The translations under genes were made by a program, and so were the position numbers. The notes beneath the pieces are model-generated. The model made no database searches and was not told the origin of the DNA. It saw only the letters and a program-made list of their open reading frames with translations. A stretch of 64,000 bases of DNA from the human T2T-CHM13v2.0 reference genome, Homo sapiens. Of the stretch, positions 15,754-29,205 are shown in pieces. Within the stretch, counting starts at the first letter, position 1; each line of letters opens with the position of its first letter. Location: NCBI RefSeq assembly GCF_009914755.1, contig NC_060936.1. One strand, written 5' to 3'.

Positions 15754-18700
15754 TTTTTTTTTTTTTTTTTTTTTACTTTAAGTTCCAGTATGCAAGTGCA
15801 GAACCTGTAGGTTTCTTACATAGGTATACATGTGCCATGGTGGTTTGCTGCACCTAACAACCTGTTAACTAGGTTTTAAACCCTGCATGCATTAGCTATT
15901 TGTTCTAATGCTCTCCCTCCCCTAATCCCCAACCCCCTGAGTGGCCCCAGTGTGGGTTGTTTCCCTCCCTGTGTCCATGTGTTCTCATTGTTCAACTCCC
16001 ACTTATGAGGGAGAACGTGCGTTGTTTGGTTTTCTGTTTCTGTGTTAGTTTGCTGAGAATGATGGCTTCCGGCTTCATTTATGTCCTTGCAAAAGACATG
16101 ATCTCATTCCTTTTTATGGCTGCATAGTATTCCATCGTGTATATGTACCACATTTTCTTTATTCAATCTGTCACTGATGGGCATTTGGGTTAGTTCCATG
16201 TCTTTGTTACTGTGAATGGTGCTGCAATAAACATATGTGTGCATGTATCTCTATAATAGAATGATTTATAATCCTTTGGGTATATATCCAGTAATGGAAT
16301 TGCTGGGTCAAATGGTATTTCTGGTTCTAGATCCTTGAGGAATCGCCACACTGTCTTCCACAATGGTTGAACTAATTTACATTCCTACCAACAGTGTAAA
16401 AGCATTTCTATTTCTCCACAGCCTTGCCACCATCTGTTGTTTCTTGACATTTTAATAATCACCATTCTGACTGGCATGAGATGGTATCCCATTGTTGTTT
16501 TGATTTTCACTTCTCTAACAATCAGTGATGATGAGCTTTTTTTTTTAAATATGTTTGTTGACCACATAAATGTTGTCTTTTGAGAAATGTCTGTTCATAT
16601 CCTTTGCCCACTTTTTGATGGGTTTGTTTATATTTTTCTTGTAAATTTGTTTAAGTTCTTTGTAAATTCTGAATATTAAACCCTTGTCAGATTGGCAGAT
16701 TTCAAAAATTTTTCTCCCGTTCTGTAGGTTGCCATTCTTTCTGATCATAGTTTCTTTTGCTATGCAGAAGTTTTTTAGTTTAATTAGATCCCATTTATCA
16801 ATTTTGGCTTTTGTCGCATTTGCTTCTGGCATTTTTGTCATGAAGCCTTTGCCCATGCCTGTGTCCTGAATGGTATTGCCTAGATTTTCTTCCAGGATTT
16901 TTATGGTTTTGGGTTTTACATTTAAGTCTTTAATCCATCTTGAATTAATTTTTGTATAAGGTTTAAGGAAGAGGTCCAGTTTAAATTTTCTGCATTTGGC
17001 TAGCCAGTTTTCCCAGCATCATTTTTTAAATAGGGAAGCTTTTCCCCATTGCTTGTTTTCATCAGGTTTGTCAAAGATCAGATGATTGTAGACTTGTGAT
17101 CTTATTTCTGAGTTCTCTGTTCTGTTCCATTGGTCTATATATCTGTTTTGGTACCAGTACCATGCTGTTTTGAATACTGTATTTTTGTAGTATAGCATAA
17201 AGTCAGGGAGCATGATGCCTCCAGCTTTGTTCTTTTTCCTTAAGATTTTTTTGGCTAGAGGGGCTTTTTTGGTTCCATATGAATTTGAAAGTAGTTTTTT
17301 TTTTTTCTAATTCTGTGAAAATGTCAGTGGTAGTTTGATGGGAGTAGCATTGAATCTATAAATTACTTTGGGCAGTATGTCCGTTTTCAAGATATTCTTC
17401 CTATCCATGAGGATAGAATGTCTTTCCATTTGTCTGTGTCCTCTCATTTCCTTGAGCAGTGGTTTGTAGTTCTCCTTAAAGATGTCCTTCACATCCCTTG
17501 TTAGCTGTATTCCTGGGTATTTTCATCTCTTTGTAGCAATTGTGAATGGAAGTTCATTCATGATTTGGCTCTCTCCTTGTCTATTGTTGATGTATAGAAA
17601 TGCTCGTGATTTTTGCACATTGATTTTGTATTCTGTGTAAGTTTCTTATCAGCTTAAGGAGTTTTTTTGGCTGAGATGATGAAGTTTTCTAAATATTGCA
17701 TCATGTCATCTGCAAACAGAAACAATTTAACTTCCTCTCTTCCTACTTGAATACCTGTTATTTCTTCCTCTTGCCTGATTTCCCTGGCCAGAACTTCTAC
17801 TACTTTGTTGAATAGGAGTGGTGAGAGAAGGCATCCTTGTCTTGTGCCAGTTTTCAAAGGGAATGCTTCCAGCTTTTGCCCATTCAATATGATAATGGCT
17901 ATGTGTTTGTCATAAATAGCTCTTATTATTTTGAGATATATTCCATCAATATCTAGTTTATTTTCCATCAATACCTATATTATTTTGAGATATATTCCAT
18001 CAACACCTAGTCTATTGGTTTTTTTTAGCGTGAGGTGATGTTGAATTTTATCAAAGGCCTTTTCTGCATCTATTGAGATAATCATGTGGCTTTTGTTATT
18101 GGTTCTGTTTATGTGATAGATTACGTTTATTGATTTGTGTATGGTGAACCAGGCTTGCAACCCAGGGATGAAGCTGACTTGATTGTGGTGAATAGACTTT
18201 TAGATGTGCTGCTGGATTTGGTTTGTCAGTATTTTACTGAGAATTTTTGCATCGCTGTTCATCAGGAATATTGGCCTGAAGTTTTCTTTTTATTTTATTG
18301 TATTGTATTGTATTATTATACTTTAAGTTTTAGGGTACATGTGCACAATGTGCAGGTTAGTTACATACGTATACATGTGCCATGCTGGTGTGCTGCACCC
18401 ATTAACTCGTCATGTAGCATTAGGTATATCTCCTAAAGCTATCCCTCTCCACCTCCCCCCACCCCACAACAGTCCCCAGAGTGTGATGTTCCCCTTCCTG
18501 TGTCCATGTGTTCTCATTGTTCAATTCCCACCTATGAGTGAGAATATGTGGTGTTTGGTTTTTTGTTCTTGCGATAGTTTACTGAGAATGATGATTTCCA
18601 ATTTCATCCATGTCCCTACAAAGGACATGAACTCATCATTTTTATGGCTGCATAGTATTCCATGGTGTATATGTGCCACATTTTCTTAATCCAGTCTATC

Positions 18701-21700
18701 ATTGTTGGACATTTGGGTTGGTTCCAAGTCTTTGCTATTGTGAATAGTGCTGCAATAAACATACGTGTGCATGTGTCTTTAGAGCAGCATGATTTATAGT
18801 CCTTTGGGTATATACCCAGTAATGGGATGGCTGGGTCAAATGGTATTTCTAGTTCTAGATCCCTGAGGAATTGCCACACTGACTTCCACAATGGTTGAAC
18901 TAGTTTACAGTCCCACCAACAGTGTAAAAGTGTTCCTATTTCTCCACATCCTCTCCAACACCTGTTGTTTCCTGACTTTTTAATGATTGCCATTCTAACT
19001 GGTGTGAGATGGTATCTCATTGTGGTTTTGATTTGCATTTCTCTGATAGCCAGTGATGGTGAACATTTTTTCATGTGTGTTTTGGCTGCATAAATGTCTT
19101 CTTTTGAGAAGTGTCTGTTCATGTCCTTTGCCCACTTTTTGATGGGGTTGTTTGTTTTTTTCTTGTAAATTTGTTTGAGTTAATTGTAGATTCTGGATAT
19201 TAGCCCTTTGTCAGATGAGAAGTTTTCTTTTTTTGTTGTGTCTTCCTGGTTTTGATATCAAGGTGATGATGGCCTCATAAAATGAGTTAGGGAGGAGTCC
19301 CTCCTTTTCAGTTGTTTGGAATTGTTTCAGAAGGAATGGTACCAGCTCCTCTTTGTACCTCTGGTAGAATTTGTCTGTGAATCCATCTGGTCCTGGGCTT
19401 TTTCTGGTTGGTAGGCTATTAATTACTGATTCAATTTCAGAGCTTGTTATTAGTCTATTCAGGGATTTGGTATCTTTCTGGTTTAGTCTTGGGAGGGTGT
19501 ATGTGTCCAGGAATTTATCCATTTCTTCTAGATTTTCTAGTTTATTTGTGTAGAGGTGTTTTTAGTATTCTCTGATGGTAGTTTGTATTTCTGTGGGGTC
19601 AGTGTGATAACTCCTTTATCATTTTTCATTGCGTCTACTTGATTCTTCTCTCTTTTCTTCTTTATTAGTCTAGCTAGCTGTCTATTTTATTTTTTCAAAA
19701 ACCAGCTTTGGATTCGTTAATTTTTTTCAGAAGGTTTTTCTTATCTCTATCTCCTTCAGTTTGGCTCTGATCTTAGTTATTTCTTATCTTTTGCTATCTT
19801 CTGCATTTGTTTGCTTCTTTCCTCTCTAGCTCTTTTAATTGTGACGTTAGGGTGTTGTTTTTAGATCTTTCTAGTTTTTTGATGTGGACATTTAGTGCTA
19901 TAAAGGTTCCCTCTTAACACAGCTTTAGCTGCACCCCAGAGATTCTGGTATGTTGTCTCTTTGTTTTCATTGGTTTCAAAGAACTTCTTGATTTCTGCCC
20001 TAATTTCATTATTTACCCAGGAGTCATTGAGGAGCAGGTTCTTCAATTTCCATGTAGTTGTGTGGTTTTGAGTGAGTTTCTTAATCCCGAGTTCTAATCT
20101 GATTCCACTGTGGTCTGAGAGACTGTTATGATTTCAGTTCTTTTGTGTTTGCTGAAGAGTGTTTTACTTACAATTATGTGGTCGATTTTAGAGTAAGTGC
20201 CATGTGGCACTGAGAAGAATGTATATTCTTTTGTTTTGGATAGAGAGTTCTGTAGATGTCTATCAGGTCTGCTTGGTCCAGAGCTGAGTTCAAATCCTGA
20301 ATATCCTTGTTAATTTTCTGTCTCATTGATCTGTCTAATATTGACAGTGGGATGTTAAAGTCTCCCGCTATTATTATGTGGGAGTCTTAGTCCCTTCGTA
20401 CGTCTGTAAGAACTGGTTTTATGAATCTGGGTGCTCCTGTATTGGGTACCTATATGTTTAGGATAGTTAGCTCTTCTTGTTGCATTGATCCGTTTACCAT
20501 TATGTAATGCCCTGCTTTTTCTTTTTTGATCTTTTTTGGTTTAAAGTCTATTTTGTCAAGGACTAGGATTGCAATCCCTGCTTTTTTCTGGTTTTGCTTG
20601 GTAAATTTTCCTCCATCCCTTTATTTTGAGCCTATGTGTGTCTTTGTATGTGAGATGGGTCTCCTGACTACAGCACACCAATGGGTCTTGACCCTTTATC
20701 CAGTTTGCCAGGCTATGTCTTTTAATTGGGGCATTTAGCCCATTTACATTTAAGATAATACTGTTTTGTGTGAATTTGGTCATGTCATCATGATCCTAGC
20801 TGGTTATTTTACACACTAGTTGATGCTGTTTCATCATAGTGTCATTAGTCTTTATATTTTCATGTGTTTTGCCATGGCTGGTACTGGTTTTTCCTTTCCA
20901 TGTTTAGCGCTTCCTTCAGGAGCTCTTGCAAGGCAGGCTGGATGGTGATGAATTCCATTGGTATTTGCATTTCTGAAAAGGATTTTTATTTATTCTTCCC
21001 TTATGAAGCTTAGTTTGGCTGGATATGAAATTCTGGGTTAAATTCTTTTCTTTAAGAATGTTGAATATTGGTCCCCACTCTCTTCTGGCTGGTAGCATTT
21101 CTGCTGAGAGATTCACTGTTAGTCTGATGAGCTTCCCTTTGTATAGGCCCTGGCCTTTGTCTTTGGCTGCCTGTAACATTTTTTTCCTTCATTTTAACCT
21201 TGGAGATTTTGATGGTTATGTGTCTTGGGGTTGATCTTCTTAGGAGTGTCTTAGTGGTGTTCTCTATATTTCCCAAATTTGAATGTTGTCCTGTCTTGCT
21301 GGGTTGGGGAACTTTTTCTGGATAATATCCTGAAGTGTGTTTTCCAACTTGATTCCATTCTCACCATCACTTTCAGGCACTCCAATCAGTTGTAGGTTCA
21401 GTCTTCTTACATAGTCCCATATTTCTTGGAGGTTTCTTCATTCCTTTTTCTTTTTTTTTTTCTCTAACCTTGTCTGCCTGCCTTATTTCAGCAAGATAGT
21501 CATCCATCTCTGATATTCATTCTTCTGCTTGATTGATTTGGCTATTGATACTTGTGTATGCTTCACGAAGTTCTCATGTTGTGTTTTTCAGCTCCATCTG
21601 GTCATTTGTGTTCCTCTTTATACTAGGTATTCTAGTTTGCAGCTCCTGTAACCTTTTATCAAGGTTGTTAGCTTCTTTGCATTGGGTTAGAACATGCTCC

Positions 21701-22983
21701 TTTACCTTAGTGAAGTTTGTAATTACCCACCTTCTGAAGCCTACTTCTGTCAATTCGTCCATGTCATCTTCTGTCCAGTTCTGTGCCCTTACTGGAGTGG
21801 TGTAGTGATCATCTGGTGGAGAACTGACATTCTGACCTTCTGGGTTTTCAGTGTTTTTTCATGGATTATTTCTCATCTTTGTGAGTTTGTCTAGTTTCAG
21901 TCTTTGAGGCTGCTGACCCTTGGATGAGGTTTTTATGGGGACTCTTTTTTTGTTGATGCTGTTGTTGTTGCTTTCTGTTTTTTTCTTTCAATAGTCAGCT
22001 CCCTCTTCTGTAGGGCTGCTGTGGTTTGCTAGGGGGTTCACTTCAGGCCCTATTCATCTGATTCACTACCACACCTGGAGATGTCACTCATGGAGGCTGG
22101 AAAATAGCAAAGATGGGTGCCTGCTCCTTCCTCTGGGATCTCTGACCTCGAGAGGCACTGACGCGATGCCAGTAGGAATGCTCCTGGATAGGGTGTCTGA
22201 CAACCCCTAGTGGTAGGTTTCACCCAGTTGGGTGGCACATGAAGCAGTACTCATTTAACCAAGTACTTTGGCTGCCCCTTGGTGGAGGGGGTGTGCTGTG
22301 CTGGAGGGAAACCCCCTTGTCTGGGTTGCCTGGATTTCTCAGAGCTAGCAGGAGGAAAGACTAAGTGTGCTGGTCTGCAGAGACTATGGCCACCTCTCCC
22401 CTAGGGACTCAGGCTCAAGGAGATCAGAGTTCTGTCCCTGAGCCCCTGGCTGGAGTTGGAGTTCCTGCAGGGAAGCCCTGCAGCTGCAGGGGCTGCCTCC
22501 CCTCCCCCAAGAGATCAGCAGCCTTAGAAGGCAGCCGCAGCAGTGGTGATGGCCAATGCTCCCCCCAGGAACTCTGCAGGCTTAGGCAGATTCTAGCTTA
22601 GTGGCTGTTGAGAATCTGTGTGGCTCCGTGGTTCACAGCCAAGGCCCTGGAGGCATGGGCTCACAAGTGGAATTTTCCAATCCATGGGTTTCACAGTTTT
22701 GTAGGTAAAGCACAATTTCCCAGGCTGGGTAGCATGCTCACTCACTGCCTCCCTTGGCTGGGGATAGGGGCTCCTCTGCCCTGTGTGGCTCTCAGGTGGA
22801 CCACCCACACCACACTACTCTTCCTTTCCCTCCGTAAGTCATGCCAGCTGCCTAGTCAGTCCTAATGACAGATCTGGATACCTCAGTTGCTGGTGCATGA
22901 TTCACACCCTGTTTTGGATCTTTTTGATGGGAGCCTGCAATCACCACTACTTCTGGTTGGTCATCTTGGCCTCCCTCATCCCC
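15754..22983 (-). mobile_element. Full-length, inactive L1PA7/8-like element (5'UTR, ORF1, ORF2, 3'UTR, poly(A)), interrupted by a younger L1
   Basis: T21 tail 15754-15774; ORF2 and ORF1 fragments in the track (e.g. 17654..17971, 20556..20783, 20916..21179, 21574..21762); GC-rich 5'UTR ending 'ggtcatcttggcc'; many stops and frameshifts. Confidence 0.93.
18292..19218 (-). mobile_element. Young 5'-truncated L1PA2/3 (~0.93 kb) nested in the older L1 ORF2
   Basis: Perfect 14-bp TSD GAAGTTTTCTTTTT (18278-18291, 19219-19232); (TATTG)n tail; GAG rather than the Ta-type ACA in the 3'UTR; ORF 18616..19122. Confidence 0.95.
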
Positions 22984-24116
22984 TTATCAATGTTTTCAGT
23001 TTTCAGTGTACAAGTCTTTCACCTCTTTGGGTAAATTTATTTCTTGGCATTTTATTTTTTGTATGCGGTCATAATGGATTATTATTTTTTTAAAATTTTT
23101 GGCTAGGTCATGATTTACGTATAGAAGTCCCACAGATTTTTGCATGCTGATTTTGTATTTTTCAACTTTACTGAATTTATTTATCAGTATGAATAGATTT
23201 TTTGGTGTAGTCTTTGGAATTTTTACATAAAGAATCATGCCATCTGCAAGTAGAAATAACTGTTTCTTCCTTTTCAGTTTGAATAATTTTTCTTTTTGTC
23301 TGATTGCTCTTGATAGTAATTCAAGTAGTATGTTGAATAAAGTGGTGAAAATGGGGCATTCTTATCTTGAACAGTTCTTAAAAGAAAAGCTTTCAGTTTA
23401 TTCCTCCCCAGATCTTAGAGGAAAAACTTTCCATTTCTACCCATTTGTTATGATGTTTGCTGTGAATATTTCATAAATAGCCTTTATTAGGTTGATGACA
23501 GTTAGCTTCTATATCTAAATTGTTAAGAGTTTTTAATCAAGAAAAGATGTTGAACTTTGTTGAATACTTTTTTTTGCACCAATTTAGATAATCATGAGGT
23601 TTTTGTCATTCACTCTCAATGTTATCTATCACATTGATTTATTTGCATGTATTAAACTACCCTTGCATGCCAGGGATAAATGACTTGATTATGACGTGTA
23701 ATCTTTTTGATATGTTGTTAAATTCGATTGGCTATTTAATTAATAATTTTTGCATTAATATTCAGAGATTTTGACCTGTAGTTTGCTTGTGATATTTATC
23801 TGGCTTAGGTGATACTGGCCTAAGTACTCCCTCCACCAACTCTATTTTTTATTTTTTTGTGGAATTTTGAGAAGTACAGGCACACATTTGAGATACCGTA
23901 GGTTTAGTTCTACACAACTGCAAGATAGCAAATATAACAATAAAGTGAGTCATCCTAACTTTTTAGTTTCCCACTGAACATAGAAGATATGTTTCCACTA
24001 TACTATAGTCTGTTATATGTGCAATACCACTTGTCTAAAAAAAATTGTTCAAACCTTAATTAGAAAATACTTCATTGCTAAAAAATGTTATCAATCATCT
24101 AAACTTTTAGTAAGTC

Positions 24117-24143
<27 letters not shown>
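24117..24143. repeat. T27 mononucleotide run inside Tigger1
   Basis: Directly visible. Confidence 0.95.
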
Positions 24144-24150
<7 letters not shown>

Positions 24151-25273
24151 GAGGGTCTTGCCTCACTTTTGATGATTGCTGATCTAGTTGGTGGTTACTG
24201 AAGGTTTGGTGGCTGTGGCAATTGTAAAAAAAGAAAATAAGAAGACAACAATGAAGTTTACCGTATTGATCAACTCTTCCTTTAACAAAAGATTTCTCTG
24301 TAGCATGCAATGCTGTTTGATGGTGTTTTCCCCACAGTAGAACTTATTTCAAAATTGGAGTCAGTCCTTTCAAAGCTTGCCACTGCTTTATCAACTAAGT
24401 TTGTGTATTACTCTAAATCCTTTGCTGTCATCTCTACAACATTCACAACATCTCCAAGAGTAGATTCCATCCAAGAAACCACTTTCTTTGCTTCTCCTTA
24501 AAAAGCAACTCCTCGTTTTTCAACTTTTATGATGAGATTGCAGCAATTTAGTGACATCTTCAGGCTTCACTTGTAATTGTCTTGCTATTTCCACTACATG
24601 TTCAGTAATTTGCTTTATTTAAGTATTGAACTCTTCAAGACTATCTGTGAAGGTTAGTATCAACTTCTTCCAAACTCTTGTTAATGTTAATATTTTGACC
24701 TTCCTCCCATGAATCACAAATGTTCTGAATGGCATCTAGAATAGTGAATCCTTTCCAAAAGGCTTTGAATTTACTTAGCCCAGATCCATCAGAAGAATCA
24801 CTTTCTGTGGTAGATGTAATCTTATAAATGTATTTAAGTGATGAGAATTCAAAGTCAACATTATTCTTTGATCCATGGGCTGCAGAATGAATGTTGTGTT
24901 AGCAGGCATTAAAATACTAATCTCCTTGTACATCTCTATCAGAGCTCTTGGGTAACCAGGAGCATAGTCAATGAGCAATATTTTGAAAAGAATATTTTTC
25001 TTAGTAGGTTTCAACAGTGGGTCTAAAATATTCAGCAAACCATGCTGTAAATAAATGTGCTATAATCTACTCTTTGTTCCATTTATAGACCACAGGCAGA
25101 GCAGATTTAATAAAATTCTTTTTTCCATTTACAGGCCACAGACAGTAGATTTAACATAATTCTTAAGGGCTATAAATTTGGAATGGTTATTGAACATTAA
25201 CTTAAACTTAGTTGTCAGCTGCGTTAGTTCTTAAAAAGAGAGTCAGCCTATCTTTTGAAGCTTTGAATCCAGG

Positions 25274-26777
25274 TGATAGGGTTTAGCTGTTTCCCCCACC
25301 CAAAATCTCATGTTGAATTTTAATCCTCATAATTCCCATGTGTCAAGGGAGAGACCAGGTGGAGATAATTGAATCATGGAGACAGTTTCCCCCATGCTGT
25401 TTTCATGATAGTGAGTGAGTACTCATGAGATCTGATGGTTTTATAAGTGTTGAGTAGTTCCTCCTGCATTCATTCCCTCTACCGCCTCCTGGTGAAGAAG
25501 GTGCATGCTTCTCTTTCATCTTCCACCATGACTGTAAGTTTCCTGAAGCCTCCCCAGCCATGTGAAACTGTGAGTCAATTAAACCTCTTTTTTTTAATTT
25601 TTAAATTTTTTAATTTTTGTTAATCATATTTTTATTTATTTAATGCATTACTTTACACTCTCACAGAAATGAGAGATGAAGGGGACAGGGCAAACCCAGG
25701 AAAACTTAGCCCAGAGCTCTTCCATCTAACAGGGAGTCTTAGACCTATACTTTCTACTTTTTAAGAAAAATAACTCACTTACTAAAAACAGAATTTTGAA
25801 GTTAACATTCTTCTTCAAAATTATCAAAGACATTTAAAAAGTTCCATTAAGTAATATCACTTCTCCAAACATGTTTGTATGCATGAACTCTTAAAGCATT
25901 TTCTTCAATTCAACTACATTCTTTATTATTATTATTATTATACTTAAAGTTTTAGGTTACATGTGCACAACGTGAAGGTTTGTTACATATGTATACATGT
26001 GCCATGTTGGTGTGCTGCACCCATTAACTCGTCATTTAGCATTAGGTATATCTCCTAATGCTATCCCTCCCCCCTTCCCCCACCCCACAACAGGCTCTGG
26101 TGTGTGATGTTCCCCTTCCTGTGTCCATGTGTTCTCATTGTTCAATTCCCACCTATGAGTGAGAACATGTGTTGTTTGGTTTTTTGTCCTTGCGATAGTT
26201 TACTGAGAATGATGGTTTCCAGCTTCATCCATGTCCCTACAAAGGACATGAACTCATCATTTTTTATGACTGCATAGTATTCCATGGTGTATATGTGCCA
26301 CATTTTCTTAATCCAGTCTATGATTGTTGGACATTTGGCTTGGTTCCAAGTCTTTGCTATTGTGAATAGTGCCACAATAAACATACGTGTGCATGTGTCT
26401 TTATAGCAGCATGATTTATAATCTTTTGGGTATATACTCAGTAATGTGATGGCTGGGTCAAATGGTATTTCTAGTTCTAGATCCCTGAGGAATTGCCACA
26501 CTGACTTCCACAATGGTTGACTAGTTTACAGTCCCACCAACAGTGTAAAAGTGTTCCTATTTCTCCACATCCTCTCCAGCACCTGTTGTTTCCTGGCATT
26601 TTAATGATCACCATTCTAACTGGTGTGAGATGGTATCTCATTGTGGTTTTGACTTGCATTTCTCTGATAGCCAGTGATGATGAGCACTTCTTGATGTGTT
26701 TTTTGGCTGCATAAATTTTTTTTAAATTACCTAGTCTCAGGAATGTCTTTATAGCCATGTGAGAACAGACTAATAGA
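25274..26777 (+). mobile_element. THE1D solo LTR split by an L1 insertion (25274-~25590 and ~26717-26777)
   Basis: 'tgtcaagggagagaccaggtggag' THE1D motif; perfect TSD CCAGG (25269-25273, 26778-26782). Confidence 0.92.
25922..26716 (-). mobile_element. 5'-truncated L1PA3/4 (~0.8 kb) carrying a 3' transduction (~25590-25921)
   Basis: (TTA)n tail, L1PA 3'UTR, ORF2 C-terminus 26142..26513 ending SLIGGN. Confidence 0.93.
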
Positions 26778-27028
26778 CCAGGCATTTACTTCTCTCTGAC
26801 TTCGAAAGCCCTAGGTGACACCTCTTCCAATAGAAGGCTGTTTTTTCCACGACAAAAACTTGTTGCTCCGTGTAACTACCTTCATCAATTATCTTAGTTA
26901 GATCTTACGGAAACTTGCTGTAGGTTCTCTGTCAGCACTTGCTTCTTTACCTTACATTTTTATGTTATACAGATGGATTCTTCCTTTAAACATCATAAAC
27001 TGGTATCTGCTATCTTTAAACTTTTCTT

Positions 27029-27333
<305 letters not shown>

Positions 27334-27907
27334 AGCTTTAAATTTTTCTTCTGCAGATTTCTCATTGTAGCCTCATAAAGTTGAAGAGAGTTAGGGCCTT
27401 GCTCTAGATGAGGCATTGATTTAAGGCTATGTTGTGGCTGATTTGATCTCTTACTGACTACTAAAACTTTTTCTATATCAACAATAAGGCTGTTTGTCCA
27501 TCATATAATTCATCTGTTCACTGGAGCAACACTTAGCTTCCTTTAAGAACTTTTCGATTGTGTTCTCAACTTGTCTTAGCTGTTTGGTACAAGAGGCCTG
27601 GCTTTTGATCTGTCTTAGCTTTTGACATGCCTTCTTCAATAAGCTTAATCATTTCTAGCTTATGATTTAAAGTGAGAGACATGTGACTCTTTCTTTTACT
27701 TGAACACTTTCAGGTCATTTAGCTTATCTTAGAGGATTATTTAGCTTAATATTTTTGTAACTCAGGGAATAGGGAGGCCCAAGAACATGAGGAGAGATGG
27801 GAAGATGGCTGGTTAACGAAGCAGTTAGAACACACGCATTTGTAAGTTTTTCATCTTATATGGGAATGGTTCTTGGCATCCCAAAACAGTTACAAAAGTA
27901 ATGTCAA

Positions 27908-27962
27908 AGATCTCTATAAATAATCACAGATCTCTATAAATAATCACAGATCTCTATAAATA
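27908..27962. repeat. Perfect 20-bp tandem repeat (AGATCTCTATAAATAATCAC x ~2.7)
   Basis: Directly visible. Confidence 0.95.
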
Positions 27963-28895
27963 TTTAATAATACAGTTTAATATATTGAGATAGTTATCAC
28001 AATGTGACAGAGACGTGAAGTGAGCATATGCTATTGGGAAAAATAGTGACAGCAGACTGTTTGAAGCAGGGTTACACAAACCTTCAATTTGTTAAAAACA
28101 ACACATTTCCTGTGAAGCACAATAAAGCAAAGTGCAATAAAATGAGATATGCCTGTCTTGATATTAATTTTTCTTTGACAGTTTGATAGAATTCAGCTAT
28201 GAAGGTATTTGGTCCTGGGCTTTTCTTTTTTGGGAGATTTTAAATTACTGGTTCAATCTCTGTGTGTGTTACTATCTGTTAAGGGTTGTCATTTCTTTCT
28301 GATTCAACCTTCGTAGTTGTATTTTTCTAGAAATTTATCTGCATTCTCTAGATTACTATATTTGTTGACATATAATTGTTCCTATAACCTTTTCAAAACA
28401 TTTCTGAGATATGTACTGTAATATCTACAGTTTTATTTCTGGTTTTATAGATTTGGGCTTTTTCTTCACCTAGCCAGGGATTTGTCAATTTTGGTTATTT
28501 TTTCAAGAACTCAACTCTAGTTTTATAATTTTTTTCTCTTTTTTTAATCCTCTATTTGTTTTATTTCCATTCTATATTATTCCTTCTGGAAACTTTGGGT
28601 TTATACTTTTTCTACCTCCTTGAAGTATAATGTTAAGCTATCTATTTGAGATATTTCTTTTTTTTATTGTAGGAATTGATTGTTATAAACCTAGAACTTT
28701 TTCTGTATCCCATAGGTTTTGGTATTTTTTTTCCCATTGTTTGTCTTGAGATATTTTTAAAATTTCTCTTTTGATTTTTTAATTTGACCCATTGATTATT
28801 CAGGAGCATGTTTAACTTTCATATTTGAGAATTTTCCAAATTTGCTTTCATACCATTGTGGTCAAAAACTACACTTGATAAGATTTTGACTTTTG

Positions 28896-29205
28896 ACTTT
28901 TGACTTTTTTTTCTTTTTTTTTTTTTTTGACAGTCTCACTCTTCCACCCAGGCTGGATTGCAGTGGCATGATCTCAGCTCACTGCAACCTCTGCCTCCTG
29001 GGTTCAAGTGATCCTCCTGCCTCAGATTCCTGAGTAGCTGGGACTACAGGCACCCGCCATCACCCTGGCTAATATTTGTATTTTTAGTAGAGATGGGGTT
29101 TCACCATGTTGGCCAGGCTGGTCTCAAACTCCTGACCACAAGTGATCTGCCTGGCTCAGCCTCCCCAAATGCTGGGATTACTGGGGTGAGCCACTGCACC
29201 TGGCT
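28896..29205 (-). mobile_element. AluSx/Sz-like SINE
   Basis: Complete dimer with T tail; near-TSD GATTTTGA(T)CTTTT. Confidence 0.93.

Noticed and set aside
24310-25038. pogo-type transposase peptide (TIGD/CENPB-like)
   Set aside because: Broken Tigger1 ORF split by several insertions.
27908-27962. Short direct repeats as a possible CRISPR-like array
   Set aside because: Head-to-tail with no spacers, in eukaryotic context with no cas genes.
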